The notes beneath the pieces are model-generated. The model was not told where the DNA came from and did not search any database. It saw only the letters and a program-made list of their open reading frames with translations. Shown in pieces: positions 48,808 through 58,592 of a DNA stretch of 64,000 bases. The DNA lies in NCBI GenBank assembly GCA_963718235.1, contig CAVQYR010000001.1, positions 1,504,001 to 1,568,000 of the forward strand, written 5' to 3'. The stretch comes from an uncultured Actinomycetota bacterium (GTDB lineage Bacteria > Actinomycetota > Actinomycetes > JAHEKZ01). A program made the translations under genes and the position numbers. Position 1 is the stretch's first letter; each line of letters opens with the position of its first letter.

Positions 48808-49869
48808 CTAGACGCGACGGGCGGTGGCTGCGACGGCGAGCTGGGCCAGCACGTCACGGGCCGGATCGGCCACGGGCGCGAGCGACGCCAGGGCTCGATC
48901 GGTGAGCGACTCGATGAGCGACTCGACCTCGGCCAGGGCGCCCGTCTCGACGATGACGCTGCGCAGCTCCTCGATCCCGCGCGGGCTCAGGTGTGGGTCG
49001 CCGAGGTGACGGAGCACGAGGCTCTCCTGGGCCGGGGTGGCGCGCTGCAGCGCGACCGCGACGAGCACCGTGCGCTTGCCCTCGCGCAGGTCGTCGCCCG
49101 CCGGTTTGCCGGTCTCCGTCGGGTCACCGAAGACGCCGAGCACGTCGTCACGCAGCTGAAAGGCCTCGCCCAGTGGAAGGCCGTAGTCGGAGTAGGTCTC
49201 CACCAGGGCGGGCGGGGCGCCCGCCAGAGCGGCGCCGAGGTGGAGTGGGCGCTCGACGGTGTACTTGGCGGCCTTGAACCGGGCCACCAGCATCGCTCGC
49301 TCGACGGACCCTCCGCCGCGCGCCTGCTCGAGGAGGTCGAGGTACTGACCGGCCATGAGCTCGGTGCGCATGTGGTCGAACACCGGCTTGGCCCGCAGCA
49401 GTGCCTCGGCCGGGAGGCCGCTGCCGAAGAACAGCTCGTCGGACCAGGAGAGTGCCAGGTCGCCGAGCAGGATGGCCGCCCCGACGCCGAACGACTCCGG
49501 CGAGCCGAGCCACTGGGAGCCACGGTGCAGCCCGGCGAAACGGTGGTGCACGCTGGGCTGACCCCGTCGGGTGTCGGAGTCGTCCATCACGTCGTCGTGG
49601 ATGAGCGCGCAGGCCTGCAACAGCTCGAGCGCAGTTGCGGCGGCGACGATCGCGTCGTCGTCGGCGGCTCCGGCGCCGCGCCAGCCCCAGTAGCAGAACG
49701 CCGGCCGAAGTCGCTTGCCGCCGGCCAGGAGCCCGGTCAGGGAGTCCATCAGGGGGCTCAGGTCGTGGCTCACTTCGTCGAGGCGGGGCACCTGGGACTG
49801 AAGGAAGTCGTCGAGCCGCTTCTGCACCCGGTCGCGCAGCCCCTCGGCGTCCAGAACGGAACCCATCAC
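48808..49869 (-). CDS. crtE: Polyprenyl (geranylgeranyl) diphosphate synthase, IdsA2-like
   Basis: GGKRLRP, HDDVMD..DTRRG, GQYLD, FQLRDD, DLREGK; TACGCT-N6-GTG start. Confidence 0.9.
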   Translation of the reverse strand: MMGSVLDAEGLRDRVQKRLDDFLQSQVPRLDEVSHDLSPLMDSLTGLLAGGKRLRPAFCYWGWRGAGAADDDAIVAAATALELLQACALIHDDVMDDSDTRRGQPSVHHRFAGLHRGSQWLGSPESFGVGAAILLGDLALSWSDELFFGSGLPAEALLRAKPVFDHMRTELMAGQYLDLLEQARGGGSVERAMLVARFKAAKYTVERPLHLGAALAGAPPALVETYSDYGLPLGEAFQLRDDVLGVFGDPTETGKPAGDDLREGKRTVLVAVALQRATPAQESLVLRHLGDPHLSPRGIEELRSVIVETGALAEVESLIESLTDRALASLAPVADPARDVLAQLAVAATARRV

Positions 49870-49939
49870 GTAGCGAGCGTAGTCGCGGGTGTTCGGCCCC
49901 GCAGGTCGGTGCAGCCCCACGCCTACCTAGGGTTGTCGC

Positions 49940-50854
49940 ATGGCTCACGCAGTTGCGCCCGTGCCCGGTGGGGCCGCCACGGTGGCCGAGCTGGTCGCGT
50001 CGGGGCGACACTCCTGGTCCTTTGAGTTCTTCCCACCCAAGACCGACGAGGGCGAGCGGCAGCTGTGGCAGGCCCTGCGTGAGCTCGAGAGGCTGTCGCC
50101 GACGTTCGTCTCCGTGACCTACGGCGCGGGGGGCTCCACCCGTGACCGCACCGTCCGGCTCACGGGGGAGATCGCGGCGACGACGACCTTGACGCCGGTG
50201 GGGCACCTCACCTGCGTCGGAGCCTCGGTGGCCGAGCTTCGACGGGTGGTCGGCCACTATGCGGCTTCCGGCGTGAGGAACGTGCTGGCGCTGCGCGGCG
50301 ATCCTCCCGGCGGGCTGGGCACGCCGTGGCAGCCCCATCCGGGCGGGCTCGAGCACGCCGACCAGCTGGTGTCGCTGGTGAAGTCGCTCGGAGACTTCTG
50401 CGTCGGGGTCGCGGCCTTCCCCGAGGGGCATCCGGAGTCTCCCGACCTCGACTCCGACGCCAGGCAGCTGGCCCGCAAGGTTTCAGCGGGGGCCGACTTC
50501 GCCGTGACGCAGTTCTTCTTCGAGCCCGACCCCTACTTCAGACTCCTCGAGCGTGCGGCTCGTCATGGCTGCACCGTGCCGATCGTTCCCGGCCTGATGC
50601 CGGTCACCAACGCGTCTCAGATCAAGCGGTTCGCCGAGCTGTCCGGCACGTCGATGCCCCCATGGCTGCTCGACCGGCTCAGCGACGTCGAGGACGACCC
50701 GGTCTCGGTTCGCTCGCTGGGCGTCGAGCTCGCGACGGACCTGGCCAAGCAGCTGTTGGACGGCGGTGCGCCAGGGCTGCACTTCTACACTCTCAACCGC
50801 TCGACAGCCACGCGCGACATCTACGCGAACCTGGGTCTGGCGCACCGCCCCTGA
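49940..50854 (+). CDS. metF: 5,10-methylenetetrahydrofolate reductase
   Basis: SFEFFPPK, SVTYGAGG, HLTC, ALRGD, TQFFF, HFYTLN. Confidence 0.96.
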   Translation: MAHAVAPVPGGAATVAELVASGRHSWSFEFFPPKTDEGERQLWQALRELERLSPTFVSVTYGAGGSTRDRTVRLTGEIAATTTLTPVGHLTCVGASVAELRRVVGHYAASGVRNVLALRGDPPGGLGTPWQPHPGGLEHADQLVSLVKSLGDFCVGVAAFPEGHPESPDLDSDARQLARKVSAGADFAVTQFFFEPDPYFRLLERAARHGCTVPIVPGLMPVTNASQIKRFAELSGTSMPPWLLDRLSDVEDDPVSVRSLGVELATDLAKQLLDGGAPGLHFYTLNRSTATRDIYANLGLAHRP

Positions 50855-50868
50855 CCGCAACACCGTCG

Positions 50869-52362
50869 CTAGGCAGGGCCGATCTGCTGGGCCACGATCG
50901 CGGCACCCAGCCCGACCAGAGGCAGCCCGCCGCCAGGATGCGCCGAGCCGCCGACCAGGAACAGGCCGGGTACCGGCGAGCGGTTCGCCGGGCGCAGGAA
51001 TGCCGCCCGCGGCCCGTTGCTCGACGTCCCGTAGATGGAGCCGCCAGGGGTCCTCGTGTCGTGCTCGAGGTCGGCCGGGGTGCGGACCTCCCGCCAGAGC
51101 AGCCGGCCGCGAAGGTCGGTGCCGCGGGACGCAAGGACCTCCAGCACGCGGTCGGCGTACCGGTCGGCCAGGCCCGCAGCCGTCCAGTCCGTTCCGCCGG
51201 CCGGGTCGTGCCGGGGTGCGTTGACCAGGACGAACCACGACTCGTGGTCGGCGTCCGGACGCATGGCGTCGTCGTCGGGGACGCAGGCGTAGACCGTCGG
51301 GTCGTCGACGAGGCGACCTCCGAAGACGGCGTCGAACTCGGCGTCGTAGTCGTCGGGGAACCACACGTTGTGGTGCTGGATGCGCGGTGTGCGCCCCTTC
51401 ACCGCCAGAAGGAGCACGAAGCCGGCCAACGACGGCGTGGTCCGGCTCAACGCCTGCAGGGGTCGACGGCCTCGGTCGTCGTGCAACAGCTCCCGGTACA
51501 CCGTCGACGCGTCGGCGTTGGCGATGACGATGTCGGCTGGCACCGTCTCACCGCTGGCCAGGCGTACCCCACTGACCGCGGTCGGGTCGGTGTCGATCGC
51601 TGTCACGTCGGTGTCGAACGAGAAGGTGATGCCGCGCTCGACACAGCGGTCGAACAGCGCGTCGGCGAGGCCGCGCACCCCACCCCCCACATGCCACGCG
51701 CCGAACGTCTGCTCCACGTACGGGACGACGGCCAGCACGGCTGGTGCCTTGCGGGGATCCGACCCGGTGTACGTCGCGTACCGGTCGAGCAGCGTGCGCA
51801 GTCGGGGGTCGGTGAGGTACTGGCGGCCGACCCCGCGAAGCGATCGCCACGGGGCGATGGTTCGCAGGTCGGAGACCCGGCGGCTGTACCTGACCAGGTC
51901 CCTTGCCCTCAGTGGGCTCTCGAGGAAGGGCACCCGGGTCGCGGCCCACATGGCGCCGGCCCGGCGGCTGAAGGCGCTCCACTGGGCGCCCGCGTCGCCG
52001 CCCAGGGCGTCGTCGAGGGCGCGGGCGACCCGGGCGTGGTTGGCGCCGGGCAGCACGGCCGATGCTCCATCGGCCCAGCGGTAGGCGAACGCGGGGTCCA
52101 GCGACTGGAGGTCGAGGTTGTCCTCCAGTGCGGCGTTGGCTCGTCGCAGCGCAGTCTTGAGGAACAGGTCGCGGTAGACAGCGGGGAGCGTCACGAGCGA
52201 GGGCCCGGTGTCGAAGACGAAGCCCTCGCGGCGGTAGCTGCCGACCTTGCCACCATGGGTGCTCGACGCCTCGAGCACGACGACGTCGTGTCCCTGGGCC
52301 GAGACCCGGGCTGCGGCGGCCATACCGCCCATGCCTGCACCGACCACGACCACGCGTGCCAC
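50869..52362 (-). CDS. CrtI-family carotenoid desaturase (probable CrtD-like 3,4-desaturase)
   Basis: VVGAGMGG, FDTGPS, RYATYTGSDP, GSIYG, HPGGGLP; near cruF and crtA. Confidence 0.85.
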   Translation of the reverse strand: MARVVVVGAGMGGMAAAARVSAQGHDVVVLEASSTHGGKVGSYRREGFVFDTGPSLVTLPAVYRDLFLKTALRRANAALEDNLDLQSLDPAFAYRWADGASAVLPGANHARVARALDDALGGDAGAQWSAFSRRAGAMWAATRVPFLESPLRARDLVRYSRRVSDLRTIAPWRSLRGVGRQYLTDPRLRTLLDRYATYTGSDPRKAPAVLAVVPYVEQTFGAWHVGGGVRGLADALFDRCVERGITFSFDTDVTAIDTDPTAVSGVRLASGETVPADIVIANADASTVYRELLHDDRGRRPLQALSRTTPSLAGFVLLLAVKGRTPRIQHHNVWFPDDYDAEFDAVFGGRLVDDPTVYACVPDDDAMRPDADHESWFVLVNAPRHDPAGGTDWTAAGLADRYADRVLEVLASRGTDLRGRLLWREVRTPADLEHDTRTPGGSIYGTSSNGPRAAFLRPANRSPVPGLFLVGGSAHPGGGLPLVGLGAAIVAQQIGPA

Positions 52363-52397
52363 GTCGGCGAGCGTACGGGCCCGGTTAGGGTCGAGCC

Positions 52398-53870
52398 GTG
52401 ACGACCCCCGGTACCGACGACGTCCTCGACCCGCTCGGCCTTCGCGGAGACGCCCCTCTGCTCGATGGGTACCTCACCTACCTGGAGACCGAGGTCACCC
52501 CGCTGCACACCCCCGGGCACAAGACACGCACCCAGCGCATGGGTCCGGTTCTGCAGGGAGACGTGACCTTGTACGGAGGTGTCGACACGATCCGGGGGAG
52601 CCACAAGCTGCTCGAGGCCGCCGAGGCGAAGGCCGCGCTGCTGTGGGGCGGCGACTGGTGCCGGTTCTCGGTGGCCGGCTCGACGCACGCCAACCAGGCG
52701 CTCTCACTCGGTGTCGCCAACCCCGGCGACACGGTGGTCGTCAGCCGCATGCTGCACCGCTCGCTCCTGCTGGGTCTGGTGCTCGCGGGGCTGAAGCCGG
52801 TGTGGGTCACTCCCGACGTCGATCCCCACGTGGGGCTGCCCGTCGGAGTGCGCGCCGAGCGGGTCGCAGCAGCGCTCGAGCGGAACCCCGACGCCAAGGC
52901 GGTCTTCCTGGTCGACCCGTCCTACGTGGGCACGGTCAGCCACATCGAGGACCACGCGGAGGTGGCGCATGCCTTCGGCATTCCGCTCATCGTCGACCAG
53001 GCGTGGGGCGGTCACTTCGGCTTCCACCCCGATGTCCCCCCGCATGCGTTGGAGCTGGGGGCCGACGCGATGGTGACGAGCGTGCACAAGGCGCTCACCG
53101 GCTACACGCAGTCCGCGCTCGTCGTGGCCCGCGGGGAGCGCTTCGACCTGGACCGGTTGGAGCGGGCGTTCGACGCGACGCACACCACGAGCCCGGCTGG
53201 CCAGATCGTCGGGAGCATCGATGCCACGCGGGCGCTGCTGGCGCGCGATGGACGCGAGCTGCTGGGGGAGACGGTGCGCATCTGCAACCTCGGCCGCGAC
53301 CGCCTTCGGGGCGTCCCGGGCCTTCAGGTCGTCGATGCGAGTGTCCTGCCACCCGGTACCAGGTTCGACCCGACGAAGATCGTGCTCGGGGTCGCGGGCA
53401 CGGGCGTCGACGGTGTCCAGCTCGACGACGACCTGAGTGAGGTGGGGTACCCGATCGAGTACTCCGACCGGGACACCGTCGTCGCCACGTTGTCGATCTT
53501 CGACGGCGAGGTCGACGTGCTGGGGTTCGTCGACGCCTTCGCCAACGCACTCACCCGGCGACGTGGTGAGGGGAGCGGACGGGCGCGCACCGTTCGCCCC
53601 CATGTCGCCTGGACGGTCGAGCCCGAGACCGTCATCCGCCCGCGCGACGCGTTCTTCGCGGTGCACGAGACCGTGAGTGCGGAGGACGCCGTCGGTCGGG
53701 TGTCGGCGGAGATCGTGGCCCCGTACCCGCCCGGTGTCCCGGTCCTCGCCCCGGGCGAGCGGGTCACGGCCGCCACGATGCAGGCGCTGCACGACGTCAA
53801 GGCCGACGGAGCGATGGTGCGGTACGCCGCCGACCCGTCGCTGGCGACGCTCCAGGTCGTGGTCGAGTGA
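52398..53870 (+). CDS. PLP-dependent Orn/Lys/Arg decarboxylase-like protein, copy 1
   Basis: HTPGHK, GSTHAN, HRS, DQAWG.HF, TSVHK (PLP lysine), TTSP, PYPPGVPVL. Confidence 0.88.
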   Translation: MTTPGTDDVLDPLGLRGDAPLLDGYLTYLETEVTPLHTPGHKTRTQRMGPVLQGDVTLYGGVDTIRGSHKLLEAAEAKAALLWGGDWCRFSVAGSTHANQALSLGVANPGDTVVVSRMLHRSLLLGLVLAGLKPVWVTPDVDPHVGLPVGVRAERVAAALERNPDAKAVFLVDPSYVGTVSHIEDHAEVAHAFGIPLIVDQAWGGHFGFHPDVPPHALELGADAMVTSVHKALTGYTQSALVVARGERFDLDRLERAFDATHTTSPAGQIVGSIDATRALLARDGRELLGETVRICNLGRDRLRGVPGLQVVDASVLPPGTRFDPTKIVLGVAGTGVDGVQLDDDLSEVGYPIEYSDRDTVVATLSIFDGEVDVLGFVDAFANALTRRRGEGSGRARTVRPHVAWTVEPETVIRPRDAFFAVHETVSAEDAVGRVSAEIVAPYPPGVPVLAPGERVTAATMQALHDVKADGAMVRYAADPSLATLQVVVE

Positions 53871-55342
53871 CCGGCGAACCTGCGCAGCCGGAGGTGCCCG
53901 CGCCCTCGTCGGTCGACGACCCGAGGGCGCTGCGCGGCGCCGCCCCGCTGCTCGACGGGTGGCTGGGCTTTCGCCAGTCAGAGTCGGTGCCGTGGACGAC
54001 ACCAGGACACAAGGGGCGCACCGATCTCGTCGGCACGGTCGTCGACGGAGACCTCCCGCTCTACGGCGGCGTGGACACGATCCGCTCTCGACATGGCCGT
54101 CTCCGGGAGGCGGACCGTCGGTTGGCGGCGCTGTGGGGCGCCGACTGGGCCCGCATCTCGGTCGGCGGCTCGACCCACGGCAACCAGGCGCTGTGCCTGG
54201 CCGTGGCCAAGCCCGGGGACCGGGTGGTCGTCAACCGCAACCTGCACCGTTCGATGCTGATCGGACTGGTGCTGGCGGGGCTCGAACCGGTGTGGGTCAC
54301 GCCCGACGTCGATCCGCACGTGGGGCTGCCCGTCGGTGTTCCGGTCGAGCGCGTCGCGCAGGCGCTCACCGACCACCCGGACTGCGCGGCGGTGTTCCTG
54401 GTCGAGCCGGGGTACACCGGGACCCTGAGCGACGTCGCCGGACACGCCCGGGTGGCCCACGAGCACGGCGTCCCCCTGGTCGTCGACCAGGCCTGGGGTG
54501 CGCACTTCGGGTTCCACCCCGACCTGCCTCCTCACGCGCTGCAGGCAGGAGCCGACGCGCTCGTCATGAGCGCGCACAAGACCCTTCCGGCGTACACCCA
54601 GGCGGCCTTCGTGATGGCGATGACCACTCGGATCGACCCGGACCGGCTGCAGCGTGCGTTCGACGCACTCGACACGACGAGTCCGTCGGGAACCATTGCG
54701 GCGAGTGCTGACGCCGCCCGAGCGCTGCTCGACCGTGACGGGCGCGACCTCCTGGACCGGTTGCTGGCGCTGGCTCGCCGGGCCCGCAGCGAGCTGGTGG
54801 CCATCGACGGCCTGGTGGTCGTCGACGACACGATGCTGGGCGGCGCCCGGATGGACCCCGCGAAGGTGGTGCTGTCTCTTGCCGGCACCGGGGCTGACGG
54901 GCTCGCGGTCGAGGACGACCTGGTCGACTCCGGCCATCCGGTCGAGATGGCCGACCGCGACACGATCGTGCCGCTCCTGACCATGGCTGACGACGAGGCA
55001 TCGATCGACTCCTTCGTCGAGGCCCTTGCCCGGTCGGTGGAGCGACGCAGGGGCACGCCCCGGCACGTCGTCCCGTCGCCCTCGTGGACGGTGCAGCCGG
55101 ACACGGTGATGGCGCCGCGCGACGCGTTCTTCGCCGACCACGTCACAGTCGCGATCGACGACGCCGTGGGGCGCGTCTCGGCTGAGCTCGTGGCCCCGTA
55201 CCCGCCGGGGATCCCCGTGCTGGCGCCGGGGGAGCGGATCACCGCCGAGGCGGTGGCGAGCCTGCACCAGGTGATGTCGGAGGGAACCCAGGTCCGCTAC
55301 GCGGCGGACCCGAGCCTGCGCACGCTGCAGGTCGTCGCCTGA
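53867..55342 (+). CDS. PLP-dependent Orn/Lys/Arg decarboxylase-like protein, copy 2
   Basis: TPGHK, GSTHGN, HRS, DQAWGAHF, SAHK, TTSP, PYPPGIPVL; GTGA overlap with copy 1. Confidence 0.88.
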   Translation: MTGEPAQPEVPAPSSVDDPRALRGAAPLLDGWLGFRQSESVPWTTPGHKGRTDLVGTVVDGDLPLYGGVDTIRSRHGRLREADRRLAALWGADWARISVGGSTHGNQALCLAVAKPGDRVVVNRNLHRSMLIGLVLAGLEPVWVTPDVDPHVGLPVGVPVERVAQALTDHPDCAAVFLVEPGYTGTLSDVAGHARVAHEHGVPLVVDQAWGAHFGFHPDLPPHALQAGADALVMSAHKTLPAYTQAAFVMAMTTRIDPDRLQRAFDALDTTSPSGTIAASADAARALLDRDGRDLLDRLLALARRARSELVAIDGLVVVDDTMLGGARMDPAKVVLSLAGTGADGLAVEDDLVDSGHPVEMADRDTIVPLLTMADDEASIDSFVEALARSVERRRGTPRHVVPSPSWTVQPDTVMAPRDAFFADHVTVAIDDAVGRVSAELVAPYPPGIPVLAPGERITAEAVASLHQVMSEGTQVRYAADPSLRTLQVVA

Positions 55343-55357
55343 GCGCGACCCCTGGGT

Positions 55358-56482
55358 TCAGGGCAGCGGTCGGCCCTTCCACTGCAGCACTCCCCGGCGA
55401 CGACCGATCAGCGATCGGGCGACGAGCCAGTCGAACACGAGGATGCACGCCGGATGCGCCAGGGCGTCCGGCCACGGCCGGGACTCGACCCGGCGCGCGA
55501 CGAGCAGCCGTCCGGTGACCCCGGCGGCGTACCCGACCCACCCCGCCCGGGACCCGGTGAGGGCGGCCACGGGCGGCAGGACGTACATCACGGTGAGCAC
55601 GGCGGCGACGCCCGCGGCACCCCACGGCGAGCCGAACGCGGCCCACAGCGACTTGGTGTACCCGGCCTCCAGGTCGTGCCATCCGTCGTACATGCGACAG
55701 GTCGCCTGACGCGTGCCGTCGACGACGACTCCGTGCCCACCGGCGCGTTTCACGGCCGCGAGCAGGGCGACGTCCTCGACCACGTGACCTCGAACGCCCG
55801 TGTGACCCCCAGCCCTGGCGTACGCCCCGGCGTCGACCACGAGGAACTGGCCGTTGGCCGCCGCCAGCGAGGGGCGGGCCGAGCGCTCGGCGAGTCCCAG
55901 GGGGAGGAAAGACAGCCACGACCACTGCAGCAGAGGCTGGATGAGGCGCTCGCTCACGCTGCCGGCGACCTGCCGGGGGTAGGGGGAGACGAGGTCCAGG
56001 GCACGCGCGCGCATCAGCTCGACCGCCGATGCCACCGCGGTGGGCTCGAGCACGACCTCGGCGTCGACGAAGACGAGGACGTCGCCGGTGGCGCGCTCGG
56101 CGAGGCGCTGGCACGCCCACGCCTTGCCCGTCCACCCCGGGGGCGGCTCGTCTGCACCCTCGATCAGGTGCACCCGCGGGTCGTCGTCGACGTGGTGCCG
56201 CACGATCTGGTCGGTGCCGTCACTGGACCGGTCGTCGAGCACCCACAGGTCCAGCGCGACCAGGTTGCGCTGTTCCCGGATCGCGGTCAGGCAACGGCCG
56301 ATGCTCGCCGCCTCGTCGCGGGCGGGGACCAGCACCGAGACATCCTCGGTGACGCTTCCGGGCGCCGCGGACGGGCGCCGGAGCCGGGTGAGGTTCCACC
56401 AGGTGTGCACCGTCGTGGCCACGGCCGCCGCCGCGGCGAGCTGCACCAGTGCGGTCAGGGCTCCGCGTCGGAGTCCGGTCAC
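55358..56482 (-). CDS. GT2 glycosyltransferase, carotenoid glycosyltransferase-like
   Basis: VLVPARDE, DDRSSD, GWTGKAWAC, FVDAE, ANGQF, EDVAL, CRMY, WKGR; coupled to cruF. Confidence 0.85.
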   Translation of the reverse strand: MTGLRRGALTALVQLAAAAAVATTVHTWWNLTRLRRPSAAPGSVTEDVSVLVPARDEAASIGRCLTAIREQRNLVALDLWVLDDRSSDGTDQIVRHHVDDDPRVHLIEGADEPPPGWTGKAWACQRLAERATGDVLVFVDAEVVLEPTAVASAVELMRARALDLVSPYPRQVAGSVSERLIQPLLQWSWLSFLPLGLAERSARPSLAAANGQFLVVDAGAYARAGGHTGVRGHVVEDVALLAAVKRAGGHGVVVDGTRQATCRMYDGWHDLEAGYTKSLWAAFGSPWGAAGVAAVLTVMYVLPPVAALTGSRAGWVGYAAGVTGRLLVARRVESRPWPDALAHPACILVFDWLVARSLIGRRRGVLQWKGRPLP

Positions 56483-57270
56483 AGCCGGTTGGTCCACGCG
56501 GTGACCGCGAAGGGAACGGCGACCAGGCCCATGACCACGCCACCGATCAGGGCCACTGTCGGTCGGTCGAAGAAGACAGCGGCACCGATGACCGAGGAAA
56601 CGTACGCCCACAGGTACAGCACCGTGGGCTGACCGATCGACACGTTGCGCCGGGGGAGCAGCAGGGTCAGGCCCATCAGCACGGTACCGACCACGAACCA
56701 CCCGGCGAAGTTCATGGCCGGAATCGCGTCGATGCCGGGCAGCTGTGTCGATCCGCCGGCCCAGGTCCAGGCGCGCAGCTCGACCATCATCGGGTCCAGG
56801 AAGAGGTCCCAGCCCATCATGGAGAGCCCACCGAGCAGGGCGGCGAACCAGCGGGCCTGGGTCAGCGTGGTCGCAGCGACGTAGGTGGGGTACAGCATCA
56901 TCGTCCAGGCCAGCGGGACGACCACCGGCACCCCCGCCAGCTGCCAGCCCAGCGCGCTGCCGTAGCTGTAGTCGCCGAACGGCAGCCCGGTGCGGGTGCC
57001 GACCACCTCGGCCAGCAGCCCGCCACCGGCGGTGATGGCAACGAGCCCGAGCGCCCAGCCGACTCCGCGGTGAACCAGTGCATGGGTGACGGAGGCGGCG
57101 AAGAAGACGACGACCGTGACCACGGCCAGCCGCGCCCGGTCGGCTACGTCGACCAGGGGAAACGCGATCTGCAGGGCGACCACCGCGGCTGCGAGCAGCC
57201 AGACGACGCCCAGCGCCAGGCCACCGGGTCGGTGCGTGGGCGCGGGCCCGGTATAGGTGCGCAGGCTCAC
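56479..57270 (-). CDS. cruF: Carotenoid biosynthesis membrane protein (CruF-like 1',2'-hydratase)
   Basis: EVVGTRTGLPFGDYSY, VPLAW, WDLFLDP, NFAGW. Confidence 0.85.
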   Translation of the reverse strand: MSLRTYTGPAPTHRPGGLALGVVWLLAAAVVALQIAFPLVDVADRARLAVVTVVVFFAASVTHALVHRGVGWALGLVAITAGGGLLAEVVGTRTGLPFGDYSYGSALGWQLAGVPVVVPLAWTMMLYPTYVAATTLTQARWFAALLGGLSMMGWDLFLDPMMVELRAWTWAGGSTQLPGIDAIPAMNFAGWFVVGTVLMGLTLLLPRRNVSIGQPTVLYLWAYVSSVIGAAVFFDRPTVALIGGVVMGLVAVPFAVTAWTNRL

Positions 57271-57281
57271 AGAACGCGAGT

Positions 57282-57863
57282 CTAGGCGGTGCTCCTGGCC
57301 TGTCTTCGGGCACGCCAGCGTCGTCGGATCACCGACCACAACGTGATGACCACGGCCAGTCCGGTGGCCAGCAGGACCGCAGCGATCGCCGCGGCGACCC
57401 ACGGAGCGACGAACGACAAGGCGATGACGCCGGCGACGACGATGTCCTCCAGAACGCTGACCACGATGTTGCTGGCCGGTTCGGGGGAGGTGTTGACCCC
57501 GAGTCTCATCCCCGCCTTCACGACATGGGTGGCGAACGCGGTGAGACCGCCGGTCGCACCCAGGAAGGCCTGCTCCAGCGTCGTGGCGTCGCCAGCGATC
57601 AGGAGGGCGATCACCGTTCCCGCTGTCGGCCTGATGACCGTGTTCACGGCGTCCCAGGTCGAGTCGACGTACGCGACCTTGTCGGCCACGAAGTCGATGG
57701 CGGTCAGGACCGCGGCAGCGATCAGGACGTCGGTGCGGGTGAGCGCGTCCGGAACGGCGAGGTCGGTGAGCCGACCCGCCAGCCCGGTGAGCAGCACCAC
57801 CAGGTACGGGTTGATGCCACTGGCCCAACCGCTGGTGAAGACCAGGGGCAGCAGGTCGGTCAT
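57282..57863 (-). CDS. DUF4126 family membrane protein
   Basis: GWASGINPY, FVADKVAYVDSTWD, NTSPEPASN...LED. Confidence 0.88.
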   Translation of the reverse strand: MTDLLPLVFTSGWASGINPYLVVLLTGLAGRLTDLAVPDALTRTDVLIAAAVLTAIDFVADKVAYVDSTWDAVNTVIRPTAGTVIALLIAGDATTLEQAFLGATGGLTAFATHVVKAGMRLGVNTSPEPASNIVVSVLEDIVVAGVIALSFVAPWVAAAIAAVLLATGLAVVITLWSVIRRRWRARRQARSTA

Positions 57864-58561
57864 GGCGTCACCGGGTTTCCGTCGAAGGTGCCGCTGACCG
57901 ACTCGACGGCGAACCGGGCGAACAGCTCCTCGGCGTACCAGCCACTGGCCCGGGTCTGTTCGATCACCTGACGATGGTGCGGGTCCCGGTAGGCGAACGT
58001 CGACAGGTCGCCAGCCGAGCGCCAGATGCTGAAGGTGCCCTGCAGCCCGAGGGGCGCCTCTCCCACGCCGACGGCCAGGACCAGGCCGTTCTGGCGATGG
58101 AGGGCCTCGACCACGGGAGGCACCGAGGCCCAGAACCTACGGGCCAGGGTGGGCTTCAGCCGAGCCCTGGTCAGGGCCGCAACCGGTCCGTCGGTCGCTG
58201 CGGCTGACGGCGTCCCGAACGGCTCGCGGCCCGACCATCGTCCGGTGCTGGCCAGGGGGGTCAACCGGACCTGCAGGGTCTCCTGGCTGCGTCGTCGCCA
58301 ACGGGCGCTCAGTGCCGAGGACTCGAAGGACTGCATGGCCGAGCGGCTCGACCACACGGTGAGCAGACCCCAGTGATGCAGGTCGGCGTCGCCGACGGTG
58401 AACGTGCGTCCGCTCCCGGTCCCGAGGAGCTTGGTGAACGAGGCGCCGGGGATGCGTCGGGCGGCCCGCCGGTCGGTGGCCATCGCGAGGACGGCCTCCG
58501 GCACGCGGACGGTCGACACACCCCAGAGGTGAAGGGTGACCGCTGCCGGTGAGTCCGCCAC
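57860..58561 (-). CDS. crtA: Spheroidene monooxygenase-like protein
   Basis: FTKLLGTGSG, GRWSGREPF, ALTRARL, GEAP...QGTFSIW, AEELFARF. Confidence 0.85.
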   Translation of the reverse strand: MADSPAAVTLHLWGVSTVRVPEAVLAMATDRRAARRIPGASFTKLLGTGSGRTFTVGDADLHHWGLLTVWSSRSAMQSFESSALSARWRRRSQETLQVRLTPLASTGRWSGREPFGTPSAAATDGPVAALTRARLKPTLARRFWASVPPVVEALHRQNGLVLAVGVGEAPLGLQGTFSIWRSAGDLSTFAYRDPHHRQVIEQTRASGWYAEELFARFAVESVSGTFDGNPVTP

Positions 58562-58592
58562 CCGCCCAGCGTAGATGCGTACGCTCGTTGTT

